Shown: positions 42,651 through 56,871 of the stretch, in pieces
How the letters are laid out: each line of letters opens with the position of its first letter
Numbering within the stretch: the stretch's first letter is position 1
DNA from: the human T2T-CHM13v2.0 reference genome, Homo sapiens
Strand: one strand, 5' to 3'
Assembly (NCBI RefSeq): GCF_009914755.1
Contig: NC_060948.1
DNA: 64,000 nt
Notes under the pieces: model-generated
What the model saw: only the letters and a program-made list of their open reading frames with translations
Database searches by the model: none
Told to the model about the DNA's origin: nothing
Program-made: the position numbers and the translations under genes

Positions 42651-45600
42651 GGCCTGGAATAAAGTGGAATGCTACGGTCTCGAATGGAATAAAAATGTAT
42701 GGAATGGAATGCAATGAAATGGAATCGAATGTCATAGAATGTAATGGAATGCAACAAAATGGAATCCAAAATCATTGACTGGAAAGGCTGGGTGTCGAAA
42801 GGAATTGACTCCAATGGAATGGAATCGAATGGAATGGAAGTGAATAGAATCGAACTAAATCGAATGGAATGGAATTGATAGGAACGGAATGGAAAGGAAT
42901 GCAATGATTTGGCATGGAATGGAATCGAATGGCATCGAATGGAATGGAATGGAATGCAATGGAATGGAATGTATTAGAATGTAATGAACTTTAATGGAAT
43001 GTACTCGAATGGATTCGACTGGAATGGAATGTTCTGGAAGTGAATGGACTCCAATGGAATGGATTCAAAAGGAATGGAATCGTACGGAATGGAATCTAAT
43101 GGAATGGAATTAAATGGAAATGAATCAAATTGAATAGCACGGAATTGAATTGAATGGAATGGAATGCAATGGAATCTAACGAAACGGAAAGGAAAGGAAT
43201 GCAATGGAATGGAATGGGCTGGAATGGAAAGGAATTGAAACGAATGGAATGGAATCGAACTGAAGAGACTGGAATGGAATGCACTGGAATGGAAGGGAGT
43301 GTAATGGAAGGTTCTCGAAAAAAATGGAATCGAATGGAATGGAATTGAATGGAACGGAATAGAGTCGAATGGAATTGAATGGAATGGAATGGACTAGAGT
43401 GAAATGGAATCGAACCACAAGGAATGGACAGGAATAGAATGGTCTCGAATTGAATGGAATCGTATGGAATGGCATCAAACGGAATGGAATGGACAGCCAC
43501 GGAATGGAATGCACTCGAATGCAATGGAGTCGAAACTAATGGACTGGAATAGAATGGACTCGACTGGTACGGACTCCAATGGAATGGAATCGAATGGAAG
43601 GGAATCGAACGGAATGGACTCGAAGGGAAAAGACTGCAATGGAAAGGTCTCGAATGGAATGGAAATTAATGGAATGGAATGGAATCGAATGAAATGGAGT
43701 CAAAAGGAATGGAATCGAATGGCAAGAAATCGAATGTAATGGAATCGCAAGGAATTGATGTGAACGGAACGGAATGGAATGGAATCCAAAGGAATGGAAT
43801 AGAATGGAATGGAATCGAATGGAAAGGACTCGAATGGAAATCACTCGAATAGAATGCAATTTAATAAAATAGGATCAAATGTAATGGAATGGAATGGAAA
43901 GGAATCGAAACGAAAGGAATGGAGACAGATGGAATGGAATGGAATAGAGAGCAATGGTATAGAATGGAATGGAATCATCTGGAAAGGAATTGAATGGAAT
44001 GGAATAATATGAAATGGAATGGAATGGAATGGAATGGAATGGAATGCCCTTGAATTAAATGGACTGGAATGGAATGGACTCGAACAGAGTGGAATGGAAA
44101 GTGTTGAGATAGAATGGAATGGACTCCTTTGGAATGGTGTAGTATGCAATGCAATCGACTGGCAGGGAATCAAAAGGAATGTAATCGAATGGATTGGACT
44201 GGAATGCAATGGACTCGAATAGATTGGAAACGGAATGCAAAGGAATGGAATGGAATAGTATGGAATGGAATGGAAAGGAATGGAGTGGAATAGACTAGAG
44301 TGGAATGGAATGGACTGGAAAGCAATGGACTGGAATGGAACTTTCTTGAATGGACTGGAATCAAACGGAATGGAATGCAATGCAATCAAATGGCATGGAA
44401 TAAAATAGAATGAAAGAGAATCAAATGGAATTGAATCGAATGGAATCGAATGGATTGGAAAGGAATAGAATGGAATGGAATGGAATGGACTCAAATGGAA
44501 TGGACTAGAATGGAATGGATTCGAATGGAAGGCAAAGGAATGGAATCTATTGGAATGGACTGTAATGGAATGGAATGGAAGGGATTGGAATGGACTCGAA
44601 TGGAATGGACTGCAATAGAAAGGATTCGAATGGAATGAAAAAGAATTGAATGGAATAGAACAGAATGGAATCAAATCGAATGAAATGGAATGGAATAGAA
44701 AGGAATGGAATGAAATGGAATGGAAAGGATTCGAATGGAATGCAATCGAATGGAATGGAATCGAACGGAATGGAATAAAATGGAAGAAAACTGGCAAGAA
44801 ATGGAATCGAAATGAATGGAGTGTTATGGAACGGACTCAAAAGGAATTGAATGTAATAGAATGGAGTGGAGTGGACTCGAATATAATGGACTGGAATGGA
44901 ATGAAATCACATGGAATGGGAACGAATGGAATGGAATGGAAAGGAATGGAATCGAATGGAAAGGAATCGAATGGAAGGGAATGAAATTGAATCAACAGGA
45001 ATGGAAGGGAATAGAATAGACGGTAATGGAATGGACTCGAATAGAATGGACACGAATGCTCAAATTGAATGGACTCGAATGGAATGGAAACGAAAGGAAT
45101 GTCATCGAATGGAATTGAATCGATTGGAATGAAATCGCATAGAATGGAGTGGAATCAAATGGAATTGAATCGAAAGGAAAGGAAGCGAATGGACTGAAAT
45201 GAAATGGAATGGAATTGAATGGAAAGTAATGCAATGGAATAGAATGGAACGAAATTTCACGGAATGGAATCAAACTGAATGGAATCAAATCAATGGAATC
45301 TAATCAAATGGAATGGAAAGGAATTGAATGGAGTAGATTGGATTGGATGGGATTGGAATGAAATGTACTGGAAAGGACTCGAATTTCATGAAACGGAATG
45401 GAATGAATTGGAACGGAACGGACTCGAATGGAATGGAATGTCATGGAATGGCATCAAATGGAATGGCATCAAATGGAATGGAATCGAATGCAATGGAATG
45501 CTATGGAATGGAATGGAATGCATTTTAATGGAATGTCCTCTAATGGAATGGATTCGAGTGGAATGGAATCGAATATAATGGAGTCGAATGAAATGGAATT

Positions 45601-46219
45601 GAAAGGAATGGGATCGAATACAATGGAATATACTGGAATGTAATGTAATGAACTCGAATGTAATTGACTGGAATGGAATGTACATGAATGGAATGTAATC
45701 GAATGGAAATTAATCCAATGGAATAGAATCTAATGCAATAAAATCGACTCAGATAGAGTAGAATGTAATGGAATGGAGTGCAGTGCAATGGAATGGAATG
45801 GAATGGAATGCAATGGAATGGAATGGAATGGAATGGAATGGAATGGAATGGAATGGAATGGAATGGTGTGGAATGGATAGTAATGGACTGGAGTGAAATG
45901 GACTGGAAAGGAATGGACTCAAATTGAAAGGGCTCGAAAGGAATGGAGTCAAATGGAATGGTCTGGAATGGAATGAACACGAATGTAATGCAATCCAATA
46001 GAATGGAATCGAATGGCATGGAATATAAAGAAATGGAATCGAAGAGAATGGAAACAAATGGAATGGAATTGAATGGAATGGAATTGAATGGAATGGGAAC
46101 GAATGGAGTGAAATTGTATGCAGTAGAAGGGAATAGAATGGAATGCAAGCGAAAGGAAAGGAATGGATTGGAATGGAATGGAATTCATTGGAATGGAAGG
46201 GAATGTAGTGTAATGGACA
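42651..46219 (+). repeat. DYZ1 unit U13, 3569 bp
   Basis: GGCC at 42651 to 46220. Confidence 0.9.
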
Positions 46220-49200
46220 GGCCTGGAATAAAGTGGAATGCTACGGTCTCGAATGGAATAAAAATGTATGGAATGGAATGCAATGAAATGGAATCGAATG
46301 TCATAGAATGTAATGGAATGCAAAAAAATGGAATCCAAAATCATTGACTGGAAAGGCTGGGTGTCGAAAGGAATTGACTCCAATGGAATGGAATCGAATG
46401 GAATGGAAGTGAATAGAATCGAACTAAATCGAATGGAATGGAATTGATAGGAACGGAATGGAAAGGAATGCAATGATTTGGCATGGAATGGAATCGAATG
46501 GCATCGAATGGAATGGAATGGAATGCAATGGAATGGAATGTATTAGAATGTAATGAACTTTAATGGAATGTACTCGAATGGATTCGACTGGAATGGAATG
46601 ATCTGGAAGTGAATGGACTCCAATGGAATGGATTCAAAAGGAATGGAATCGTACGGAATGGAATCTAATGGAATGGAATTAAATGGAAATGAATCAAATT
46701 GAATAGCACGGAATTGAATTGCATGGAATGGAATGCAATGGAATCTAATGAAACGGAAAGGAAAGGAATGGAATGGAATGGAATGGACTGGAATGGAAAG
46801 GAATCGAAACGAATGGAATGGAATCGAACTGAAGAGACTGGAATGGAATGCACTGGAATGGAAGGGAGTGTAATGGAAGGTTCTCGAAAAAAATGGAATC
46901 GAATGGAATGGAATTGAATTGAACGGAATAGAGTCGAATGGAATTGAATGGAATGGAATGGACTAGAGTGAAATGGAATTGAACCACAAGGAATGGACAT
47001 GAATAGAATGGTCTCGAATTGAATGGAATCGTATGGAATGGCATCAAACGGAATGGAATGGACAGCCACGGAATGGAATGCACTCGAATGCAATGGAGTC
47101 GAAACTAATGGACTGGAATAGAATGGACTCGACTGGTACGGACTCCAATGGAATGGAATCGAATGGAAGGGAATCGAACGGAATGGACTCGAAGGGAAAA
47201 GACTGCAATGGAAAGGTCTCGAATGGAATGGAAATTAATGGAATGGAATGGAATCGAATGAAATGGAGTCAAAAGGAATGGAATCGAATGGCAAGAAATC
47301 GAATGTAATGGAATCACAAGGAATTGATGTGAACGGAACGGAATGGAATGGAATCCAAAGGAATGGAATAGAATGGAATGGAATCGAATGGAAAGGACTC
47401 GAAAGGAAATCACTCGAATAGAATGCAATTTAATAAAATAGGATCAAATGTAATGGAATGGAATGGAAAGGAATCGAAACGAAAGGAATGGAGACAGATG
47501 GAATGGAATGGAACAGAGAGCAATGGTATAGAATGGAATGGAATCATCTGGAATGGAATTGAATGGAATGGAATAATATGAAATGGAATGGAATGGAATG
47601 GAATGGAATGCCCTTGAATTAAATGGACTGGAATGGAATGGACTCGAACAGAGTGGAATGGAAAGTGTTGAGATAGAATGGAATGGACTCCTTTGGAATG
47701 GTGTAGTATGCAATGCAATCGACTGGCAGGGAATCAAAAGGAATGTAATCGAATGGATTGGACTGGAATGCAATGGACTCGAATAGATTGCAAACGGAAT
47801 GCAAAGGAATGGAATGGAATAGTATGGAATGGAATGGAAAGGAACGGAGTGGAATAGACTAGAGTGGAATGGAATGGACTGGAAAGCAATGGACTGGAAT
47901 GGAACTTTCTTGAATGGACTGGAATCAAACGGAATGGAATGCAATGCAATCAAATGGCATGGAATAAAATAGAATGAAAGAGAATCAAATGGAATTGAAT
48001 CGAATGGAATCGAATGGATTGGAAAGGAATAGAATGGAATGGAATGGAATTGACTCAAATGGAATGGACTAGAATGGAATGGATTCGAATGGAAGGCAAA
48101 GGAATGGAATCTATTGGAATGGACTGTAATGGAATGGAATGGAAGGGATTGGAATGGACTCGAATGGAATGGACTGCAATAGAAAGGATTCGAATGGAAT
48201 GAAAAAGAATTGAATGGAATAGAACAGAATGGAATCAAATCGAATGAAATGGAATGGAATAGAAAGGAATGGAATGAAATGGAATGGAAAGGATTCGAAT
48301 GGAATGCAATCGAATGGAATGGAATCGAACGGAATGGAATAAAATGGAAGAAAACTGGCAAGAAATGGAATCGAAATGAATGGAGTGTTATGGAACGGAC
48401 TCAAAAGGAATTGAATGTAATAGAATGGAGTGGAGTGGACTCGAATATAATGGACTGGAATGGAATGAAATCACATGGAATGGGAACGAATGGAATGGAA
48501 TGGAAAGGAATGGAATCGAATGGAAAGGAATCGAATGGAAGGGAATGAAATTGAATCAACAGGAATGGAAGGGAATAGAATAGACGGTAATGGAATGGAC
48601 TCGAATAGAATGGACACGAATGCTCAAATTGAATGGACTCGAATGGAATGGAAACGAAAGGAATGTCATCGAATGGAATTGAATCGATTGGAATGAAATC
48701 GCATAGAATGGAGTGGAATCAAATGGAATTGAATCGAAAGGAAAGGAAGCGAATGGACTGAAATGAAATGGAATGGAATTGAATGGAAAGTAATGCAATG
48801 GAATAGAATGGAACGAAATTTCACGGAATGGAATCAAACTGAATGGAATCAAATCAATGGAATCAAATCAAATGGAATGGAAAGGAATTGAATGGAGTAG
48901 ATTGGATTGGATGGGATTGGAATGAAATGTACTGGAAAGGACTCGAATTTCATGAAACGGAATGGAATGAATTGGAACGGAATGGACTCGAATGGAATGG
49001 AATGTCATGGAATGGCATCAAATGGAATGGCATCAAATGGAATGGAATCGAATGCAATGGAATGCTATGGAATGGAATGGAATGCATTGGAATGGAATGT
49101 CCTCTAATGGAATGGATTCGAGTGGAATGGAATCGAATATAATGGAGTCGAATGAAATGGAATTGAAAGGAATGGGATCGAATAGAATGGAATATACTGG

Positions 49201-49778
49201 AATGTAATGTAATGAACTCGAATGTAATTGAGTGGAATGGAATGTACATGAATGGAATGTAATCGAATGGAAAGTAATCCAATGGAATAGAATCTAATGC
49301 AATAAAACCGACTCAGATAGAGTAGAATGTAATGGAATGGAGTGCAGTGCAATGGAATGGAATGGAATTGAATGCAATGGAATGGAATGGAATGGAATGG
49401 AATGGAATGGAATGGGATGGAATGGTATGGAATGGATAGTAATGGACTGGAGTGAAATGGACTGGAAAGGAATGGACTCAAATTGAAAGGGCTCGAAAGG
49501 AATGGAGTCAAATGGAATGGTCTGGAATGGAATGAACACAAATGTAATGCAATCCAATAGAATGGAATCGAATGGCATGGAATATAAAGAAATGGAATCG
49601 GAGAGAATGGAAACAAATGGAATGGAATTGAATGGAATGGAATTGAATGGAATGGGAACGAATGGAGTGAAATTGTATGCAGTAGAAGGGAATAGAATGG
49701 AATGCAAGCGAAAGGAAAGGAATGGATTGGAATGGAATGGAATTCATTGGAATGGAAGGGAATGTAGTGTAATGGACA
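46220..49778 (+). repeat. DYZ1 unit U14, 3559 bp
   Basis: GGCC at 46220 to 49779. Confidence 0.9.
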
Positions 49779-52700
49779 GGCCTGGAATAAAGTGGAATGC
49801 TACGGTCTCGAATGGAATAAAAATGTATGGAATGGAATGCAATGAAATGGAATCGAATGTCATAGAATGTAATGGAATGCAACAAAATGGAATCCAATAT
49901 CATTGACTGGAAAGGCTGGGTGTCGAAAGGAATTGACTCCAATGGAATGGAATCGAATGGAATGGAAGTGAATAGAATCGAACTAAATCGAATGGAATGG
50001 AATTGATAGGAACGGAATGGAAAGGAATGCAATGATTTGGCATGGAATGGAATCGAATGGCATCGAATGGAATGGAATGGAATGCAATGGAATGGAATGT
50101 ATTAGAATGTAATGAACTTTAATGGAATGTACTCGAATGGATTCGACTGGAATGGAATGTTCTGGAAGTGAATGGACTCCAATGGAATGGATTCAAAAGG
50201 AATGGAATCGTACGGAATGGAATCTAATGGAATGGAATTAAATGGAAATGAATCAAATTGAATAGCACGGAATTGAATTGAATGGAATCGAATGCAATGG
50301 AATCTAATGAAACGGAAAGGAAAGGAATGGAATGGAATGGAATGGGCTGGAATGGAAAGGAATCGAAACGAATGGAATGGAATCGAACTGAAGAGACTGG
50401 AATGGAATGCACTGGAATGGAAGGGAGTGTAATGGAAGGTTCTCAAGAAAAATGGAATCGAATGGAATGGAATTGAATGGAACGGAATAGAGTCGAATGG
50501 AATTGAATGGAATGGAATGGACTAGAGTGAAATGGAATCGAACCACAAGGAATGGAGAGGAATAGAATGGTCTCGAATTGAATGGAATCGTATGGAATGG
50601 CATCAAACGGAATGGAATGGACAGCCACGGAATGGAATGCACTCGAATGCAATGGAGTCGAAACTAATGGACTGGAATAGAATGGACTCGACTGGTACGG
50701 ACTCCAATGGAATGGAATCGAATGGAAGGGAATCGAACGGAATGGACTCGAAGGGAAAAGACTGCAATGGAAAGGTCTCGAATGGAATGGAAATTAATGG
50801 AATGGAATGGAATCGAATGAAATGGAGTCAAAAGGAATGGAATCGAATGGCAAGAAATCGAATGTAATGGAATCGCAAGGAATTGATGTGAACGGAACGG
50901 AATGGAATGGAATCCAAAGGAATGGAATAGAATGGAATGGAATCGAACGGAAAGGACTCGAATGGAAATCACTCGAATAGAATGCAATTTAATAAAATAG
51001 GATCAAATGTAATGGAATGGAATGGAAAGGAATCGAAACGAAAGGAATGGAGACAGATGGAATGGAATGGAACAGAGAGCAATGGTATAGAAGGGAATGG
51101 AATCATCTGGAATGGAATTGAATGGAATGGAATAATATGAAATGGAATGGAATGGAATGGAATGGAATGCCCTTGAATTAAATGGACTGGAATGGAATGG
51201 ACTCGAACAGAGTGGAATGGAAAGTGTTGAGATAGAATGGAATGGACTCCTTTGGAATGGTGTAGTATGCAATGCAATCGACTGGCAGGGAATCAAAAGG
51301 AATGTAATCGAATGGATTGGACTGGAATGCAATGGACTCGAATAGATTGGAAACGGAATGCAAAGGAATGGAATGGAATAGTATGGAATGGAATGGAAAG
51401 GAATGGAGTGGAATAGACTAGAGTGGAATGGAATGGACTGGAAAGCAATGGACTGGAATGGAACTTTCTTGAATGGACTGGAATCAAACGGAATGGAATG
51501 CAATGCAATCAAATGGCATGGAATAAAATAGAATGAAAGAGAATCAAATGGAATTGAATCGAATGGAATCGAATGGATTGGAAAGGAATAGAATGGAATG
51601 GAATGGAATGGACTAGAATGGAATGGATTCGAATGGAAGGCAAAGGAATGGAATCTATTGGAATGTACTGTAATGGAATGGAATGGAAGGGATTGGAATG
51701 GACTCGAATGGAATGGACTGCAATAGAAAGGATTCGAATGGAATGAAAAAGAATTGAATGGAATAGAACAGAATGGAATCAAATCGAATGAAATGGAATG
51801 GAATAGAAAGGAATGGAATGAAATGGAATGGAAAGGATTCGAATGGAATGCAATCGAATGGAATGGAATCGAACGGAATGGAATAAAATGGAAGAAAACT
51901 GGCAAGAAATGGAATCGAAATGAATGGAGTGTTATGGAACGGACTCAAAAGGAATTGAATGTAATAGAATGGAGTGGAGTGGACTCGAATATAATGGACT
52001 GGAATGGAATGAAATCACATGGAATGGGAACGAATGGAATGGAATGGAAAGGAATGGAATCGAATGGAAAGGAATCGAATGGAAGGGAATGAAATTGAAT
52101 CAACAGGAATGGAAGGGAATAGAATAGACGGTAATGGAATGGACTCGAATAGAATGGACACGAATGCTCAAATTGAATGGACTCGAATGGAATGGAAACG
52201 AAAGGAATGTCATCGAATGGAATTGAATCGATTGGAATGAAATCGCATAGAATGGAGTGGAATCAAATGGAATTGAATCGAAAGGAAAGGAAGCGAATGG
52301 ACTGAAATGAAATGGAATGGAATTGAATGGAAAGTAATGCAATGGAATAGAATGGAACGAAATTTCACGGAATGGAATCAAACTGAATGGAATCAAATCA
52401 ATGGAATCTAATCAAATGGAATGGAAAGGAATTGAATGGAGTAGATTGGATTGGATGGGATTGGAATGAAATGTACTGGAAAGGACTCGAATTTCATGAA
52501 ACGGAATGGAATGAATTGGAACGGAATGGACTCGAATGGAATGGAATGTCATGGAATGGCATCAAATGGAATGGCATCAAATGGAATGGAATCGAATGCA
52601 ATGGAATGCTATGGAATGGAATGGAATGCATTGGAATGGAATGTCCTCTAATGGAATGGATTCGAGTGGAATGGAATCGAATATAATGGAGTCGAATGAA

Positions 52701-53322
52701 ATGGAATTGAAAGGAATGGGATCGAATACAATGGAATATACTGGAATGTAATGTAATGAACTCGAATGTAATTGACTGGAATGGAATGTACATGAATGGA
52801 ATGTAATCGAATGGAAAGTAATCCAATGGAATAGAATCTAATGCAATAAAATCGACTCAGATAGAGTAGAAAGTAATGGAATGGAGTGCAGTGCAATGGA
52901 ATGGAATGGAATGGAATGCAGTGGAATGGAATGGAATGGAATGGAATGGAATTGAATGGGATGGAATGGTATGGAATGGACAGTAATGGACTGGAGTGAA
53001 ATGGACTGGAAAGGAATGGACTCAAATTGAAAGGGCTCGAAAGAAATGGAGACAAATGGAATGGTCTGGAATGGAATGAACACGAATGTAATGCAATCCA
53101 ATAGAATGGAGTCGAATGGCTTGGAATATAAAGAAATGGAATCGAAGAGAATGGAAACAAATGGAATGGAATTGAATGGAATGGAATTGAATGGAATGGG
53201 AACGAATGGAGTGAAATTGTATGCAGTAGAAGAGAATAGAATGGAATGCAAGCGAAAGGAAAGGAATGGATTGGAATGGAATGGAATTCATTGGAATGGA
53301 AGGGAATGTAGTGTAATGGACA
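49779..53322 (+). repeat. DYZ1 unit U15, 3544 bp
   Basis: GGCC at 49779 to 53323. Confidence 0.9.
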
Positions 53323-56300
53323 GGCCTGGAATAAAGTGGAATGCTACGGTCTCGAATGGAATAAAAATGTATGGAATGGAATGCAATGAAACGGAATCGA
53401 ATGTCATAGAATGTAATGGAATGCAAAAAAATGGAATCCAAAATCATTGACTGGAAAGGCTGGGTGTCGAAAGGAATTGACTCCAATGGAATGGAATCGA
53501 ATGGAATGGAAGTGAATAGAATCGAACTAAATCGAATGGAATGGAATTGATAGGAACGGAATGGAAAGGAATGCAATGATTTGGCATGGAATGGAATCGA
53601 ATGGCATCGAATGGAATGGAATGGAATGCAATGGAATGGAATGTATTAGAATGTAATGAACTTTAATGGAATGTACTCGAATGGATTCGACTGGAATGGA
53701 ATGTTCTGGAAGTGAATGGACTCCAATGGAATGGATTCAAAAGGAATGGAATCGTACGGAATGGAATCTAATGGAATGGAATTAAATGGAAATGAATCAA
53801 ATTGAATAGCACGGAATTGAATTGAATGGAATGGAATGCAATGGAATCTAATGAAACGGAAAGGAAAGGAATGGAATGGAATGTAATGGGCTGGAATGGA
53901 AAGGAATCGAAACGAATGGAATGGAATCGAACTGAAGAGACTGGAATGGAATGCACTGGAATGGAAGGGAGTGTAATGGAAGGTTCTCGAAAAAAATGGA
54001 ATCGAATGGATTGGAATTGAATGGAACGGAATAGAGTCGAATGGAATTGAATGGAATGGAATGGACTAGAGTGAAATGGAATCGAACCACAAGGAATGGA
54101 GAGGAATAGAATGGTCTCGAATTGAATGGAATCGTATGGAATGGCATCAAACGGAATGGAATGGACAGCCACGGAATGGAATGCACTCGAATGCAATGGA
54201 GTCGAAACTAATGGACTGGAATAGAATGAACTCGACTGGTACGGACTCCAATGGAATGGAATCGAATGGAAGGGAATCGAACGGAATGGACTCGAAGGGA
54301 AAAGACTGCAATGGAAAGGTCTCGAATGGAATGGAAATTAATGGAATGGAATGGAATCGAATGAAATGGAGTCAAAAGGAATGGAATCGAATGGCAAGAA
54401 ATCGAATGTAATGGAATCGCAAGGAATTGATGTGAACGGAACGGAATGGAATGGAATCCAAAGGAATGGAATAGAATGGAATGGAATCGAATGGAAAGGA
54501 CTCGAATGGAAATAACTCGAATAGAATGCAATTTAATAAAATAGGATCAAATGTAATGGAATGGAATGGAAAGGAATCGAAACGAAAGGAATGGAGACAG
54601 ATGGAATGGAATAGAACAGAGAGCAATGGTATAGAATGGAATGGAATCATCTGGAATGGAATTGAATGGAATGGAATAATATGAAATGGAATGGAATGGA
54701 ATGGAATGGAATGCCCTTGAATTAAATGGACTGGAATGGAATGGACTCGAACAGAGTGGAATGGAAAGTGTTGAGATAGAATGGAATGGACTCCTTTGGA
54801 ATGGTGTAGTATGCAATGCAATCGACTGGCAGGGAATCAAAAGGAATGTAATGGAATGGACTGGACTGGAATGCAATGGACTCGAATAGATTGGAAACGG
54901 AATGCAAAGGAATGGAATGAAATAGTATGGAATGGAATGGAAAGGAATGGAGTGGAATAGACTAGAGTGGAATGGAATGGACTGGAAAGCAATGGACTGG
55001 AATGGAACTTTCTTGAATGGACTGGAATCAAACGGAATGGAATGCAATGCAATCAAATGGCATGGAATAAAATAGAATGAAAGAGAATCAAATGGAATTG
55101 AATCGAATGGAATCGAATGGATTGGAAAGGAATAGAATGGAATGGAATGGAATGGACTCAAATGGAATGGACTAGAATGGAATGTATTCGAATGGAAGGC
55201 AAAGGAATGGAATCTATTGGAATGGACTGTAATGGAATGGAATGGAAGGGATTGGAATGGACTCGAATGGAATGGACTGCAATAGAAAGGATTCGAATGG
55301 AATGAAAAAGAATTGAATGGAATAGAACAGAATGGAATCAAATCGAATGAAATGGAATGGAATAGAAAGGAATGGAATGAAATGGAATGGAAAGGATTCG
55401 AATGGAATGCAATCGAATGGAATGGAATCGAACGGAATGGAATAAAATGGAAGAAAACTGGCAAGAAATGGAATCGAAATGAATGGAGTGTTATGGAACG
55501 GACTCAAAAGGAATTGAATGTAATAGAATGGAGTGGAGTGGACTCGAATATAATGGACTGGAATGGAATGAAATCACATGGAATGGGAACGAATGGAATG
55601 GAATGGAAAGGAATGGAATCGAATGGAAAGGAATCGAATGGAAGGGAATGAAATTGAATCAACAGGAATGGAAGGGAATAGAATAGACGGTAATGGAATG
55701 GACTCGAATAGAATGGACACGAATGCTCAAATTGAATGGACTCGAATTGAATGGAAACGAAAGGAATGTCATCGAATGGAATTGAATCGATTGGAATGAA
55801 ATCGCATAGAATGGAGTGGAATCAAATGGAATTGAATCGAAAGGAAAGGAAGCGAATGGACTGAAATGAAATGGAATGGAATTGAATGGAAAGTAATGCA
55901 ATGGAATAGAATGGAACGAAATTTCACGGAATGGAATCAAACTGAATGGAATCAAATCAATGGAATCCAATCAAATGGAATGGAGTAGATTGGATTGGAT
56001 GGGATTGGAATGAAATGTACTGGAAAGGACTCGAATTTCATGAAACGGAATGGAATGAATTGGAACGGAATGGACTCGAATGGAATGGAATGTCATAGAA
56101 TGGCATCAAATGGATTGGCATCAAATGGAATGGAATCGAATGCAATGGAATGCTATGGAATGGAATGGAATGCATTGGAATGGAATGTCCTCTAATGGAA
56201 TGGATTCGAGTGGAATGGAATCGAATATAATGGAGTCGAATGAAATGGAATTGAAAGGAATGGGATCGAATACAATGGAATATACTGGAATGTAATGTAA

Positions 56301-56871
56301 TGAACTCGAATGTAATTGACTGGAATGGAATGTACATGAATGGAATGTAATCGAATGGAAAGTAATCCAATGGAATAGAATCTAATGCAATAAAATCGAC
56401 TCAGATAGAGTAGAATGTAATGGAATGGAGTGCAGTGCAATGGAATGGAATGGAATGGAATGCAATGGAATGGAATGGAATGGAATGGAATGGAATGGAA
56501 TGGAATGGGATGGAATGGTATGGAATGGATAGTAATGGACTGGAGTGAAATGGACTGGAAAGGAATGGACTCAAATTGAAAGGGCTCGAAAGGAATGGAG
56601 TCAAATGGAATGGTCTGGAATGGAATGAACACGAATGTAATGCAATCCAATAGAATGGAATCGAATGGCATGGAATATAAAGAAATGGAATCGAAGAGAA
56701 TGGAAACAAATGGAATGGAATTGAATGGAATGGAATTGAATGGAATGGGAACGAATGGAGTGAAATTGTATGCAGTAGAAGGGAATAGAATGGAATGCAA
56801 GCGAAAGGAAAGGAATGGATTGGAATGGAATGGAATTCATTGGAATGGAAGGGAATGTAGTGTAATGGACA
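53323..56871 (+). repeat. DYZ1 unit U16, 3549 bp
   Basis: GGCC at 53323 to 56872. Confidence 0.9.
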
